NCBI GenBank assembly: GCA_964472875.1
Contig: CAYYMD010000005.1
Coordinates: 7,670 to 71,669 of the forward strand
Direction of reading: 5' to 3'
DNA from: an uncultured Planctomycetaceae bacterium
Lineage (GTDB): Bacteria > Planctomycetota > Phycisphaerae > SM23-33
DNA: 64,000 nucleotides
The position numbers were made by a program, and so were the translations under genes. Shown piece by piece: positions 56,368 to 64,000 of this stretch. Numbering within the stretch: the stretch's first letter is position 1; the number at the start of each line of letters is the position of its first letter. The notes under the pieces are model-generated. The model was not told the origin of the DNA. It did no database searches and saw only the letters and a program-made list of their open reading frames with translations.

Positions 56368-58185
56368 CTATTTAACACGTTTGAAGCGGACGGCCCGCAG
56401 GTTCATCACCGCCATTGCGGGTTTTTTAATCGGTTTGACGGCCAGGTTTATTTTGCCCGACTTGTCGATTTTAACCGTTCCGAGTTTCTCTGTGACGTAA
56501 CTGTCCCATCCGCCGGTTGGCTCTATCTTACCTTTAAGCGTCTGATTACCGACGGCCACCTTGTAAGTTGAGCCGCCGCTGCCGTTATCGCATGCGTAAA
56601 CAATTTCCACATCGAACCGGCCGGGTTTATCGATTTTGAAAGTCCATTCGACCCAGTCCTTGGCGTCGCTCCAGTATCCGATATTGTCGCCGGCCGCCCT
56701 CTGCTCAAGTCTTGCCGAGGAGCCGTGGATTTCGGCATCGGAGGCATTTAGAGATACCACGCCGTTTTCTTCTTGCACCAACATTTTGGAAACGGACAGT
56801 TCGCCCTTGTATTTCACCGCCACCACTGTGTCTATGGCGTCGGGGAGTTCTTCCGGCAAGGATATTGTCACGCCGTGGTCGGAAGAATTGACCTTAAGCG
56901 CTGACCTGCTCTTATCGGCCAGCAGGTAGGCCTTTTTGACCTTATTGTCAAGCCCGCGAAGGTCCAGCACGCCGTCTTTCGGCGCGTCAAATACGTGCAG
57001 ATACATGGTGCCGTCACCGACAGTTATTCTGCCCCACGACGGATGATGCCGCCAGGGCCCATCGCCGCAGCCGTAAATGGATTCGCCGTTGACCTTCATC
57101 CAGTCGCCGATTTCCTTGAGGCGTGTTATAGACGCCTGTGGAATCGTGCCGTCGGCCTTGGGCCCGACGTTCAACAGGTAATTACCGCTCTTGCTGACGA
57201 TGTCCACCAGGTTTCGGATTAGCGTCTTGGTGGATTTCCAGTTGTCGTCGTAACTCTTGTATCCCCACGTGTTGTTCATGGTCATGCAGGTTTCCCAGTA
57301 GTTTTCACTTTTTTGGCCGGGTATGTGCTGCTCCGGCGTGCCGTAGTCGCCGCCGAAGCCCCCGCCCAGACGGTTGTTGGTTATGATGTGCGGCTGGAGT
57401 TTCACCAGCTTATAGAGTTTTCTGGCGCGTTCGGCGTTCATGCCCACCGGCGTGTCCCACCACAATATTCCAAGCGGGCCGTAATTGGTGAGTATCTCGC
57501 GGACCTGTGGAACGGCGATTTCCTCTATGTATTTGTCCATGTCGCCGTCCTGTTTTTTGTCCCAGTGGCCCCTCATCGCGGCGGCGCCGCCGGGATGGGT
57601 CCAGTCCTGCGCCTGAGAATAATAGAAGCCAAGCTTGATGCCGTGCTTTCGGCAGGCCTCGGCCAGCGGCTCAAGAAGGTCCTTGCCGTAGGGTGTGGCG
57701 TCAACGATATCCCACTTGGTTACTTTCGAATCGAAAAGGGCGAAGCCGTCGTGGTGTTTCGAGGTTATGATTATGTACTTCATCCCCGCATCTTTGGCCA
57801 TGCGAACCCATTCGTCCGGGTCGTATTTGACAGGATTGAACTGCTTTGCGTACTGGCGGTATTCGTCCACGGGGATTTTGCCCCTCAGCATAATCCATTC
57901 ACCTATACCGCCGATACGCCTGCCCTTGTACGTTCCGGCCGGCACGGCGTAAACGCCCCAGTGGATGAACATGCCGAAGCGGTCTTCCCGCCACCACTGG
58001 CAGCGCTGCCGGCGCGTCTCCTGTCGCCATTGCCTGAACTGGGCCAAACCGGCATCCTCCGGCGGTTCGCCGTCATAATAAACATCGCTGACTTTGTTTG
58101 CGCCGCCCGCACCGCTGCATCCCGAGACGATTAAGAATACACAAACCGCCGTCGCCGCCACCATCAATCCTGCAATGCTTTTCAT
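56368..58185 (-). CDS. Alpha-L-fucosidase, GH29, lipoprotein, with C-terminal carbohydrate-binding (F5/8-type C-like) module
   Basis: Lipobox LIVSGC. GH29 motifs (FGMFIHWGVYAV…, IIITSKHHDGFALFDS). Beta-sandwich tail. Confidence 0.85.
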   Translation of the reverse strand: MKSIAGLMVAATAVCVFLIVSGCSGAGGANKVSDVYYDGEPPEDAGLAQFRQWRQETRRQRCQWWREDRFGMFIHWGVYAVPAGTYKGRRIGGIGEWIMLRGKIPVDEYRQYAKQFNPVKYDPDEWVRMAKDAGMKYIIITSKHHDGFALFDSKVTKWDIVDATPYGKDLLEPLAEACRKHGIKLGFYYSQAQDWTHPGGAAAMRGHWDKKQDGDMDKYIEEIAVPQVREILTNYGPLGILWWDTPVGMNAERARKLYKLVKLQPHIITNNRLGGGFGGDYGTPEQHIPGQKSENYWETCMTMNNTWGYKSYDDNWKSTKTLIRNLVDIVSKSGNYLLNVGPKADGTIPQASITRLKEIGDWMKVNGESIYGCGDGPWRHHPSWGRITVGDGTMYLHVFDAPKDGVLDLRGLDNKVKKAYLLADKSRSALKVNSSDHGVTISLPEELPDAIDTVVAVKYKGELSVSKMLVQEENGVVSLNASDAEIHGSSARLEQRAAGDNIGYWSDAKDWVEWTFKIDKPGRFDVEIVYACDNGSGGSTYKVAVGNQTLKGKIEPTGGWDSYVTEKLGTVKIDKSGKINLAVKPIKKPAMAVMNLRAVRFKRVK

Positions 58186-58373
58186 TTGTTCGCTCCTTGA
58201 AATATCATACCAACTGAAATTTCCGAACTACCCGCATAATTAATTGTTGTCTTTGTTGCCATCCATAAGCAACCTGTAATTGATGTATTTCGTGCTGATA
58301 ATATTTAGCGCAGAATTATCGCAAAATCGTCTTAGTGTTGTCAAATCCTACTTGTTCGGATAAGAATGTCTTT

Positions 58374-59702
58374 ATGTCCCTTCCGATGGTAGCAATCGTG
58401 GGCCGGCCTAACGTCGGCAAGAGCAGTCTGCTGAACTGCCTGATGGGCAGGCGCATCGCGATAGTCGACGCCACGCCCGGCGTTACGCGCGACCGCGTCT
58501 CCGGCCCGTGCGCGCTGGACGAAGACCGCTGGGTGGAACTGGTCGACACCGGCGGGATGGGAATCGATGACGTGGACAACCTCACAGACCACGTCGAGGG
58601 CCAGATTAACTACGCCGTCTCGGCCGCGGCGGTGATTCTGTTCGTCGTCGACGCTCGCGAAGGGCTGACGCCGCTGGACCGCAAGGTCGCCGAAATGCTC
58701 CGCCGGCAGGACAAGCCGGTGGTGCTGCTGGCCAACAAGGCCGACAAGCCCGGCCTGGCCCTGGAACTCGGCGAACTGCACAAACTCGGATTCGGCGAGC
58801 CGCTGGCGGTCTCGGCCATGCATCGCCTCGGGCGGGATGAGATACTCGAGGCAGTCGCAGAAAGACTACCTACGGACGCCGCCGCCCGACCGCCGGAGGC
58901 GGTCATGAAACTTGCCGTCATCGGCAAGCGCAACGCCGGCAAGAGCACGTTCATAAACACGCTGGCCGGCAGCGAGCGGGTCATCGTCTCCGAGACTCCC
59001 GGCACCACGCGCGACAGCGTGGACGTCAGCGTCGATATGGACGGGAGAACGTTCGTGCTAATCGACACCGCAGGCGTCCGCAAGAAGCGCAAAATTGCCG
59101 ACTCGGTCGAGTATTACAGCATCGCCCGCACCAACCGCTCCATCCGCCGCGCTGACGTGGCCGCGCTGCTCATCGACGCCTCCGTGCCCGTCTCGCGCGT
59201 GGACAAGCACCTGGCCGGACTCATCGCCGAGCAGCACAAGCCGGTCGTGCTGGTGGTCAACAAGTGGGACATCGCCGCCGAAAAGACCGAACCCGACCAG
59301 TACTCCGATTACCTCCGCAAGACCTTCCCGCAGTTCGACTACGCTCCGGTGAGTCTCACGGCCGCGATTGACGGCACGAACGTGCCCCAGACGGTCGAAC
59401 TGGCCGAGCAGTTATACGAGCAGGCGAACTCCCGCGTGCCGACCGCCCCGCTGAACGAGGCCGTCGAAGATATTATGGCCTCGCACCGCCCGCCGCGCGG
59501 CAGGAGCGGCCGGCCCGCCAAGATTTTCTACGCCTCGCAGGTGGCCACCGCGCCGCCGACAATAGTATGCTTCGTAAATGACCTGGACTGCTTCACACAG
59601 TCCTACCGGCGGTTCCTGCTGAACCGCCTGCGCGAATACGTGCCGTTTGCCGAAGTGCCTATCCGGCTGCTGTTCCGCCCGCGAAGCGGTAGAAATAAAT
59701 AA
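58374..59702 (+). CDS. der: Ribosome-biogenesis GTPase Der (EngA), tandem GTPase domains plus KH-like domain
   Basis: Two G-domains (GRPNVGKSS…; GKRNAGKST…). Start refined to the ATG at 58374 (the ORF-track start 58335 is a GTG). Confidence 0.9.
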   Translation: MSLPMVAIVGRPNVGKSSLLNCLMGRRIAIVDATPGVTRDRVSGPCALDEDRWVELVDTGGMGIDDVDNLTDHVEGQINYAVSAAAVILFVVDAREGLTPLDRKVAEMLRRQDKPVVLLANKADKPGLALELGELHKLGFGEPLAVSAMHRLGRDEILEAVAERLPTDAAARPPEAVMKLAVIGKRNAGKSTFINTLAGSERVIVSETPGTTRDSVDVSVDMDGRTFVLIDTAGVRKKRKIADSVEYYSIARTNRSIRRADVAALLIDASVPVSRVDKHLAGLIAEQHKPVVLVVNKWDIAAEKTEPDQYSDYLRKTFPQFDYAPVSLTAAIDGTNVPQTVELAEQLYEQANSRVPTAPLNEAVEDIMASHRPPRGRSGRPAKIFYASQVATAPPTIVCFVNDLDCFTQSYRRFLLNRLREYVPFAEVPIRLLFRPRSGRNK

Positions 59703-59773
59703 TTTCCGCCAACTTGTCTGCTGCAGGTGGATTCGTGTAACTTGTTCGCTGAAGGCGGAGTCGTGGACTGAAA

Positions 59774-60823
59774 ATGGACCCGGCGAGAATGCACAGGATA
59801 ATGAGCGGCCGTGCGCTCGACCCAGGCGCACACCTGCTGCGTGCGCTTATGTGGACGGCGTGCGGGACATACGCCGCGGCCGTGCGGCTGCGGCGGTGGT
59901 TATACCGCACGAACCCGCTTCTGTCGCGCTCGGCGCCGGTGCCGGTGATATCGGTGGGCAACATAACCACAGGCGGCACGGGCAAGACGCCAATGACCGC
60001 GTGGGTGGTGCAGCGGCTCACCGAATCCGGCAAAAGTCCGGCCATCCTGACCCGCGGTTACAAGTCATCCAAAGGCGCCTCCGACGAGCCGCAACTGCTT
60101 CGCCAGTCAACGGGCGCGGCCGTGGTGGTCAACCCCAACCGCGTGGCCGGGGCCAAACAGGCGGCCGCCGACGGCGCCGACGTGTGCGTGATGGATGATG
60201 GCTTCCAGCACCGTCGCCTGCGGCGCGACCTGGACATCGTGCTGGTGGATGCGACAAACCCGTTCGGCTACGGGTACTGCCTGCCGCGGGGACTGCTGCG
60301 CGAGCCGCTAAACGCGCTGACCGACGCGCACGCTATTGTCATCACGCGAAGCGACATGATTCTCGAAAACCAAATGGAGGACCTGGCCTCCCGCCTGGGC
60401 GAACTGGCCCCGCAGGCCAGCGTGCACCGGGCGGTCCACAGGCCCACCGGCGTGATAGACGAGGCCGGACTGGACGTGCCGGCCCAGACCGCCTCGCGCA
60501 AGCGGGCGTATGCCTTCTGCGGACTGGGCAATCCGGAGAGTTTCCTCGAGACGCTCGCCCACCAGGGCATCCGAGTGGTAGGCAGCAAAATGCTGGCCGA
60601 CCACGTCGGCTACGACAGCCGCAGGATAGAAGCCATCGAGGCCGACGCGCACAGGCAAGAGGCCGAGGTGCTCATAACCACGCAGAAGGATTACGTCAAA
60701 CTCCCGGCCGGGGCGTTCGATATTCCCGTATGGCAATTGGGCGTGGAGATACAGATAACGGCCGGACGCGACGAACTCGTGGAGAAAATTAATCGCGCCG
60801 CACGAAAAGCCACCACGGATTAA
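59774..60823 (+). CDS. lpxK: Tetraacyldisaccharide 4'-kinase
   Basis: P-loop ISVGNITTGGTGKTP, 349 aa. Confidence 0.85.
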   Translation: MDPARMHRIMSGRALDPGAHLLRALMWTACGTYAAAVRLRRWLYRTNPLLSRSAPVPVISVGNITTGGTGKTPMTAWVVQRLTESGKSPAILTRGYKSSKGASDEPQLLRQSTGAAVVVNPNRVAGAKQAAADGADVCVMDDGFQHRRLRRDLDIVLVDATNPFGYGYCLPRGLLREPLNALTDAHAIVITRSDMILENQMEDLASRLGELAPQASVHRAVHRPTGVIDEAGLDVPAQTASRKRAYAFCGLGNPESFLETLAHQGIRVVGSKMLADHVGYDSRRIEAIEADAHRQEAEVLITTQKDYVKLPAGAFDIPVWQLGVEIQITAGRDELVEKINRAARKATTD

Positions 60824-60827
60824 CGGG

Positions 60828-62039
60828 ATGAATATGAAATTGCAACTGACTGTGTTATTTGTGGCCGCGATGGCGGCCACAGCGGCCCTGCACGCGACGG
60901 AGGATGAGGTGGAAATCCCAACCGAGTCGAAGTGGCAGTTCCCGCGCATCGCGATGTTGTGGTCGGCGGCAGACAATCCCGACACCGGCAAACGACACCG
61001 CCCGAACCAGAAAGGATTCTGGAAAAATGTCGCGAGGCACGATGTGGTGCTTCTGGGCGCGGGCACGCTCGGGCTGGAGTGGACACACGCCAAGTACCAC
61101 GCCATGGTCGAATCTTTCCAAAAGGATTCCATCCCCGCCGCCAGAAGAAATCTCGCCCGCATAAAGGAATTGAATCCGCAGGCCGTCGTCCTGGTGGAGG
61201 TGTACTTCTTCGAAGATGCAAAGGACGCCTACCCTCCCGGGCACCAGTGGTGGCTGCGGGATGAGAAGGGACAAAAGAAGACGTTCTGGCCGGGCACGTG
61301 GCAGTGCGACATCAGCAACGAGGAATATATCTCACACGTGGCGCGGCGGATCGCCGCAGTTCACCGGGCCACCGGCGAGAAGGCCGGCATATTCCTGGAC
61401 AACATCCGCCTCGACAAAAATTCCAGGGCGGCCTGGGAAAAACTGCTCAAGAAAGTGCGAATCGCCTGCGGGGCCGAGATGCCCATACTGGTCAACGCCG
61501 GCTGGAACAGCCACGGCCTGCTGTGGCTGGGAAGGTACGTAAACGGCATCATGTACGAAGATGCAATCAACCACCTTCCCAAAAACGATCCGTCGAAGGA
61601 ATCGTACTACGGCCGTATCGCCGCCCTCGACGCCACGCTCCGCCCGCCGCGCATCAGCGTCAACGAGATATTCGGGTCGCGAGACGATGCGGCCGCGATG
61701 CGGCGGGAACTTATCCGCACGCTTGTCTATACGAATATGTCGTATCTGTATTCCGACTCAACGCAAGGTCACGAGCATCCCTGGTACGACATATGGAGCG
61801 CCCCCTTGGGCGAGGCCGTGGATACGCCGCAGAAGCCCGCACACGGCCGGCTCGCCCGGCGCGACTTCGCCGGCGGGACGGTCCTGTGGCTGCCAAAAAA
61901 CGCCGAGAACCCCGCCACAATCGAGTTCGACTCGCCAATGCTACCTTACGGCAGCGAGAATGAAGTCACAAAAATCACGCTCAAACCAAACCACGGCGAA
62001 ATCCTCCTGAAACCCGAACCAGCCACGAAGCAGAAGTAA
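60828..62039 (+). CDS. Secreted hypothetical protein (possible TIM-barrel glycoside-hydrolase-like)
   Basis: Signal peptide. No firm family. Follows lpxK by 5 nt. Confidence 0.45.
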   Translation: MNMKLQLTVLFVAAMAATAALHATEDEVEIPTESKWQFPRIAMLWSAADNPDTGKRHRPNQKGFWKNVARHDVVLLGAGTLGLEWTHAKYHAMVESFQKDSIPAARRNLARIKELNPQAVVLVEVYFFEDAKDAYPPGHQWWLRDEKGQKKTFWPGTWQCDISNEEYISHVARRIAAVHRATGEKAGIFLDNIRLDKNSRAAWEKLLKKVRIACGAEMPILVNAGWNSHGLLWLGRYVNGIMYEDAINHLPKNDPSKESYYGRIAALDATLRPPRISVNEIFGSRDDAAAMRRELIRTLVYTNMSYLYSDSTQGHEHPWYDIWSAPLGEAVDTPQKPAHGRLARRDFAGGTVLWLPKNAENPATIEFDSPMLPYGSENEVTKITLKPNHGEILLKPEPATKQK

Positions 62040-62047
62040 CCCACGCA

Positions 62048-62254
62048 ATGCCGGCCGAAAAATGCAAATGGTACGAGTGCTGTCCGATAAAGCGTTTCAC
62101 CGACGCCGGGCTGCTGGATGAGAAATGGACGCGGCGGTACTGCCTCGGCGGGCTGTGGAACGAATGCGTTCGCTACAAAATGGAGGAATCACACCGGCCG
62201 CACCCGGACAATATGCTCCCCGACGGTTCGATAGACCGGAACCTGCCGGCTTAA
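62048..62254 (+). CDS. Small Cys-rich hypothetical protein (CKWYECCP…C…C)
   Basis: 68 aa with 6 Cys. ORF only. Confidence 0.3.
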   Translation: MPAEKCKWYECCPIKRFTDAGLLDEKWTRRYCLGGLWNECVRYKMEESHRPHPDNMLPDGSIDRNLPA

Positions 62255-62310
62255 CACCTTAAGAATAATCTGTCATCCGCAGTGACTACATAGTCGCCTT
62301 CGCTTACGGG

Positions 62311-62490
62311 TTAGGGAACTGGTTGCCCCTCGACCCACAGGCCTTCAATGTGCAGGTCAATGGCTTCATTGATGAATTGCTTCAAAGCTTCGACGCTATT
62401 ACCTCAGTACGCGCAGCCGGGTAGGACGGCAACGTAAGCACAGTAACTGCCATCGGCGCCCCTTCCGATTAATACCAGGTATTTCACCAT
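62311..62490 (-). pseudogene. HicB-family antitoxin gene interrupted by an in-frame TGA
   Basis: Manual translation MVKYLVLIGRGADGSYCAYVAVLPGCAY*GNSVEALKQFINEAIDLHIEGLWVEGQPVP* matches the HicB N-terminal RNase-H-like domain (…VPDLPGC…G.T.EEA…EAI.LHLEG). TGA is a genuine stop in this genome (the TBDR gene ends LKF-TGA). Confidence 0.5.
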
Positions 62491-62949
62491 AATCGACCTC
62501 GCCAACGTTTCAGTCTACGCCTGTTTAATGTTCCTTTTGTTTGGCACGTCTATGGTCGGTTTAAGTGGTAGCTCCTAGTAAAGTGCTACGGGTTAAAACC
62601 CGGTACCTGTTTAGCGTGTTAAAATATTTTATTACCGTCCCAAAGGTGTAGGAACGATCTGTATCTTCCGAAGTAACCACATGACGTTGCCTTCCAGCCG
62701 CAGCTTCTTCTTCCAGTAATCATCCCAGGCCTTCTTATTAGTGAATCGCTTGAGGACAATACGAGTCATCTTTGCGGCTCCGGCTCCACACCGGCCGCGG
62801 GCGATGCGCTTGTTGAACGCTTTCTATAGTGAATGTTATAGCATCGGCTGCAGTGCCGCAGGCGTATTTTTGGAAAACATGGCTACAGGGCTGATATCTA
62901 CCAGGATGCTTGCGTATATACGGCCGTCCGTTGAGCAGGTTTTCACCGC

Positions 62950-63351
62950 TTGACGGCCGTGGGGGATTTGCGGAAAATGGCATTCATGCAGGGGTCGCCA
63001 ACATTTGACGACTGGGCGTTGGGGCGGCGGCACGGCCGTATCCCCGGCCGTCGTGTCCATGTGAACGTCAATCCCGGCGGTACTTCGCATGCGCTCAGCG
63101 TAATCGCGCTGATTGACGATTCTGGTAACGTGGCCGAGCGGATGATCCGTCCTGCGGTGATACTGCGTAAGGTCAGCCAGTCGAACCGGAGCGAGAAAGG
63201 CCCTGCAGTTCAGGCGGTGTTGATGGGCGTGTATCGTACGTTGAATCTCCGCGGCCATGCACCTCTGGCTACGATCACCTCAACCCTGCGAACTTACATG
63301 AGCACCGGCGAACTACCTCCGCTGCCGATAAAATCTGTTGCAGATGGGTAA
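62950..63351 (+). mobile_element. IS66-family transposase C-terminal fragment (copy 1 of a repeated about 0.4-kb unit)
   Basis: …GNVAERMIRPAVILRKVSQSNRSEKGPAVQAVLMGVYRTLNLRGHAPLATITSTLRTYMSTGELPPLP resembles the IS66 TnpC C-terminus (NNAAERALRP.A.GRKNWLF.GS..G…A.IYSLI.T.KLNG.DP…L…L.RI…LLP). No DDE core is present. The unit beginning near 62936 is repeated at 63891. Confidence 0.5.
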
Positions 63352-63407
63352 AGTGTTACAAGAAAATATAGAATAAAACTTAAAACAATGACAGGTTAAT
63401 ATATTAT

Positions 63408-63776
63408 ATGCGAAATATTTATAAATTACGATTATTATGCGATATATTTATAGCCCTATTTTGGTTGTCGTTTTTTATATTTACATTAATAGGTAATATA
63501 ATATTAATTATAGACTTAAATGCGGGTAGGATATTCTTTAATTATTGTATGCATGCGTTATCTGATGATTTGTATATGGCTATATTTTATTATATATATT
63601 TGTTTATTTATGCTATATGGCTATATTCTGGTGGTCTAAATTCAAACCTCTGGAAGTGGTGCCCGCCCTTTGTTATTATTAACAGCGCTTTACCATTTAA
63701 AATATGTCGAATATTATTTGTGTTATTCATAAGTATGTGGTTTCCCATCTTTGCTACGATTGAATTGATAAAATAG
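63408..63776 (+). CDS. Hypothetical hydrophobic ORF inside a roughly 22% GC island
   Basis: 122 aa, multi-TM. Composition (I/F/L/Y-rich) is dictated by extreme AT content. Could be a foreign small membrane protein or noncoding. Confidence 0.25.
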   Translation: MRNIYKLRLLCDIFIALFWLSFFIFTLIGNIILIIDLNAGRIFFNYCMHALSDDLYMAIFYYIYLFIYAIWLYSGGLNSNLWKWCPPFVIINSALPFKICRILFVLFISMWFPIFATIELIK

Positions 63777-63890
63777 GATAGTGTCCTATGATATTTAGAA
63801 GCGCCAGCAACAGGCAAGAAGCAGCGGGTGAAAGTTCCGCCCGGTGAAGGCAGTAGCGACCCACACCGAACATGATTTATTGAATTGCCT

Positions 63891-64000
63891 TGCTTTAGTA
63901 AACCGCTTGACTGCCACGGAGGATTAACGGAAAATAACGCTTATGCAGGGGTTGCGAACATTTGACGACTGGGCGTTGGGGCGGTGGCACGGTCGTATCC
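63891..64000 (+). mobile_element. Second copy of the IS66-fragment repeat (runs off window end)
   Basis: 63943-64000 is about 90% identical to 62986-63043 (atgcaggggt.gc.aacatttgacgactgggcgttggggcgg.ggcacgg.cgtatcc). The 5' flanks are also similar from about 62936 / 63891. Periodicity is 957 bp. Confidence 0.5.

Noticed and set aside
62311-62490. TGA recoding (selenocysteine or alternative code) in the HicB-like gene
   Set aside because: TGA terminates well-supported genes in this window (e.g. TBDR …LKF-TGA). Pseudogenization is the simpler explanation.
62490-62740. HicA toxin partner next to the HicB relic
   Set aside because: All frames in the flanks were translated by hand. There is only a 45-aa basic peptide without the HicA dsRBD-like pattern.
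1-64000. CRISPR arrays, rRNA genes, integrase / tyrosine recombinase at the tRNA genes
   Set aside because: No regularly spaced direct repeats, no rRNA-like segments, and no integrase-like ORF next to tRNA-Phe or tRNA-Leu were seen.

Overview
This is a roughly 62% GC bacterial chromosomal window. The gene content points to the PVC superphylum (Planctomycetes / Kiritimatiellae-like): an H-X9-DG prepilin-type protein, a PEP-CTERM protein, many sulfatase/GH29/GH38/GH95-like CAZymes, a Rex repressor and hypFCDE maturases that suggest an anaerobic or fermentative lifestyle.

The left end carries a complete TonB2-type energizer locus on the minus strand, in the order TonB-dependent receptor, DUF3450, TtpC-like long ExbB, ExbB, ExbD, TonB. 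The tonB gene runs off the window edge and is missing from the ORF track. An ECF sigma factor / zf-HC2 anti-sigma pair lies next to this locus.

The middle of the window is housekeeping: miaB, rsgA, tRNA-Phe, an S41 peptidase, tsaD, dnaX-ybaB-recR, tRNA-Leu, hemL, hypFCDE, tmk-holB, rex, an HU protein, rmuC, der and lpxK. Glycan-catabolic genes are interleaved: a URO-D-like gene, a sodium:solute symporter, a GH38 alpha-mannosidase, two GH95-like six-hairpin hydrolases, a GH29 fucosidase with a CBM-like tail, and a sulfatase.

The most unusual feature is a three-gene operon at 36.3-39.6 kb. It encodes a MotA/ExbB-family proton channel with an N-terminal zinc ribbon and a C-terminal coiled-coil tail, followed by two paralogous ExbD/TolR-like proteins. 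Each paralog has a roughly 120-residue coiled-coil spacer between its transmembrane anchor and a divergent ExbD-like periplasmic domain. No TonB, TolA, Pal, MotB or Zorya partner sits nearby. This is a candidate undescribed proton-motive-force-driven motor module.

Other notable points are listed below.
- dnaX carries an A10 slippery tract exactly at the expected tau/gamma boundary.
- A low-GC NYN-domain gene is inserted between tmk and holB.
- A 1.25 kb AT-rich noncoding region at 17.6-18.8 kb is full of short repeats.
- A 16-bp perfect palindrome recurs three times near glycan genes.
- The right end is degraded accessory DNA: a HicB gene with an in-frame stop, a duplicated IS66 transposase C-terminal fragment, and a roughly 22% GC island.
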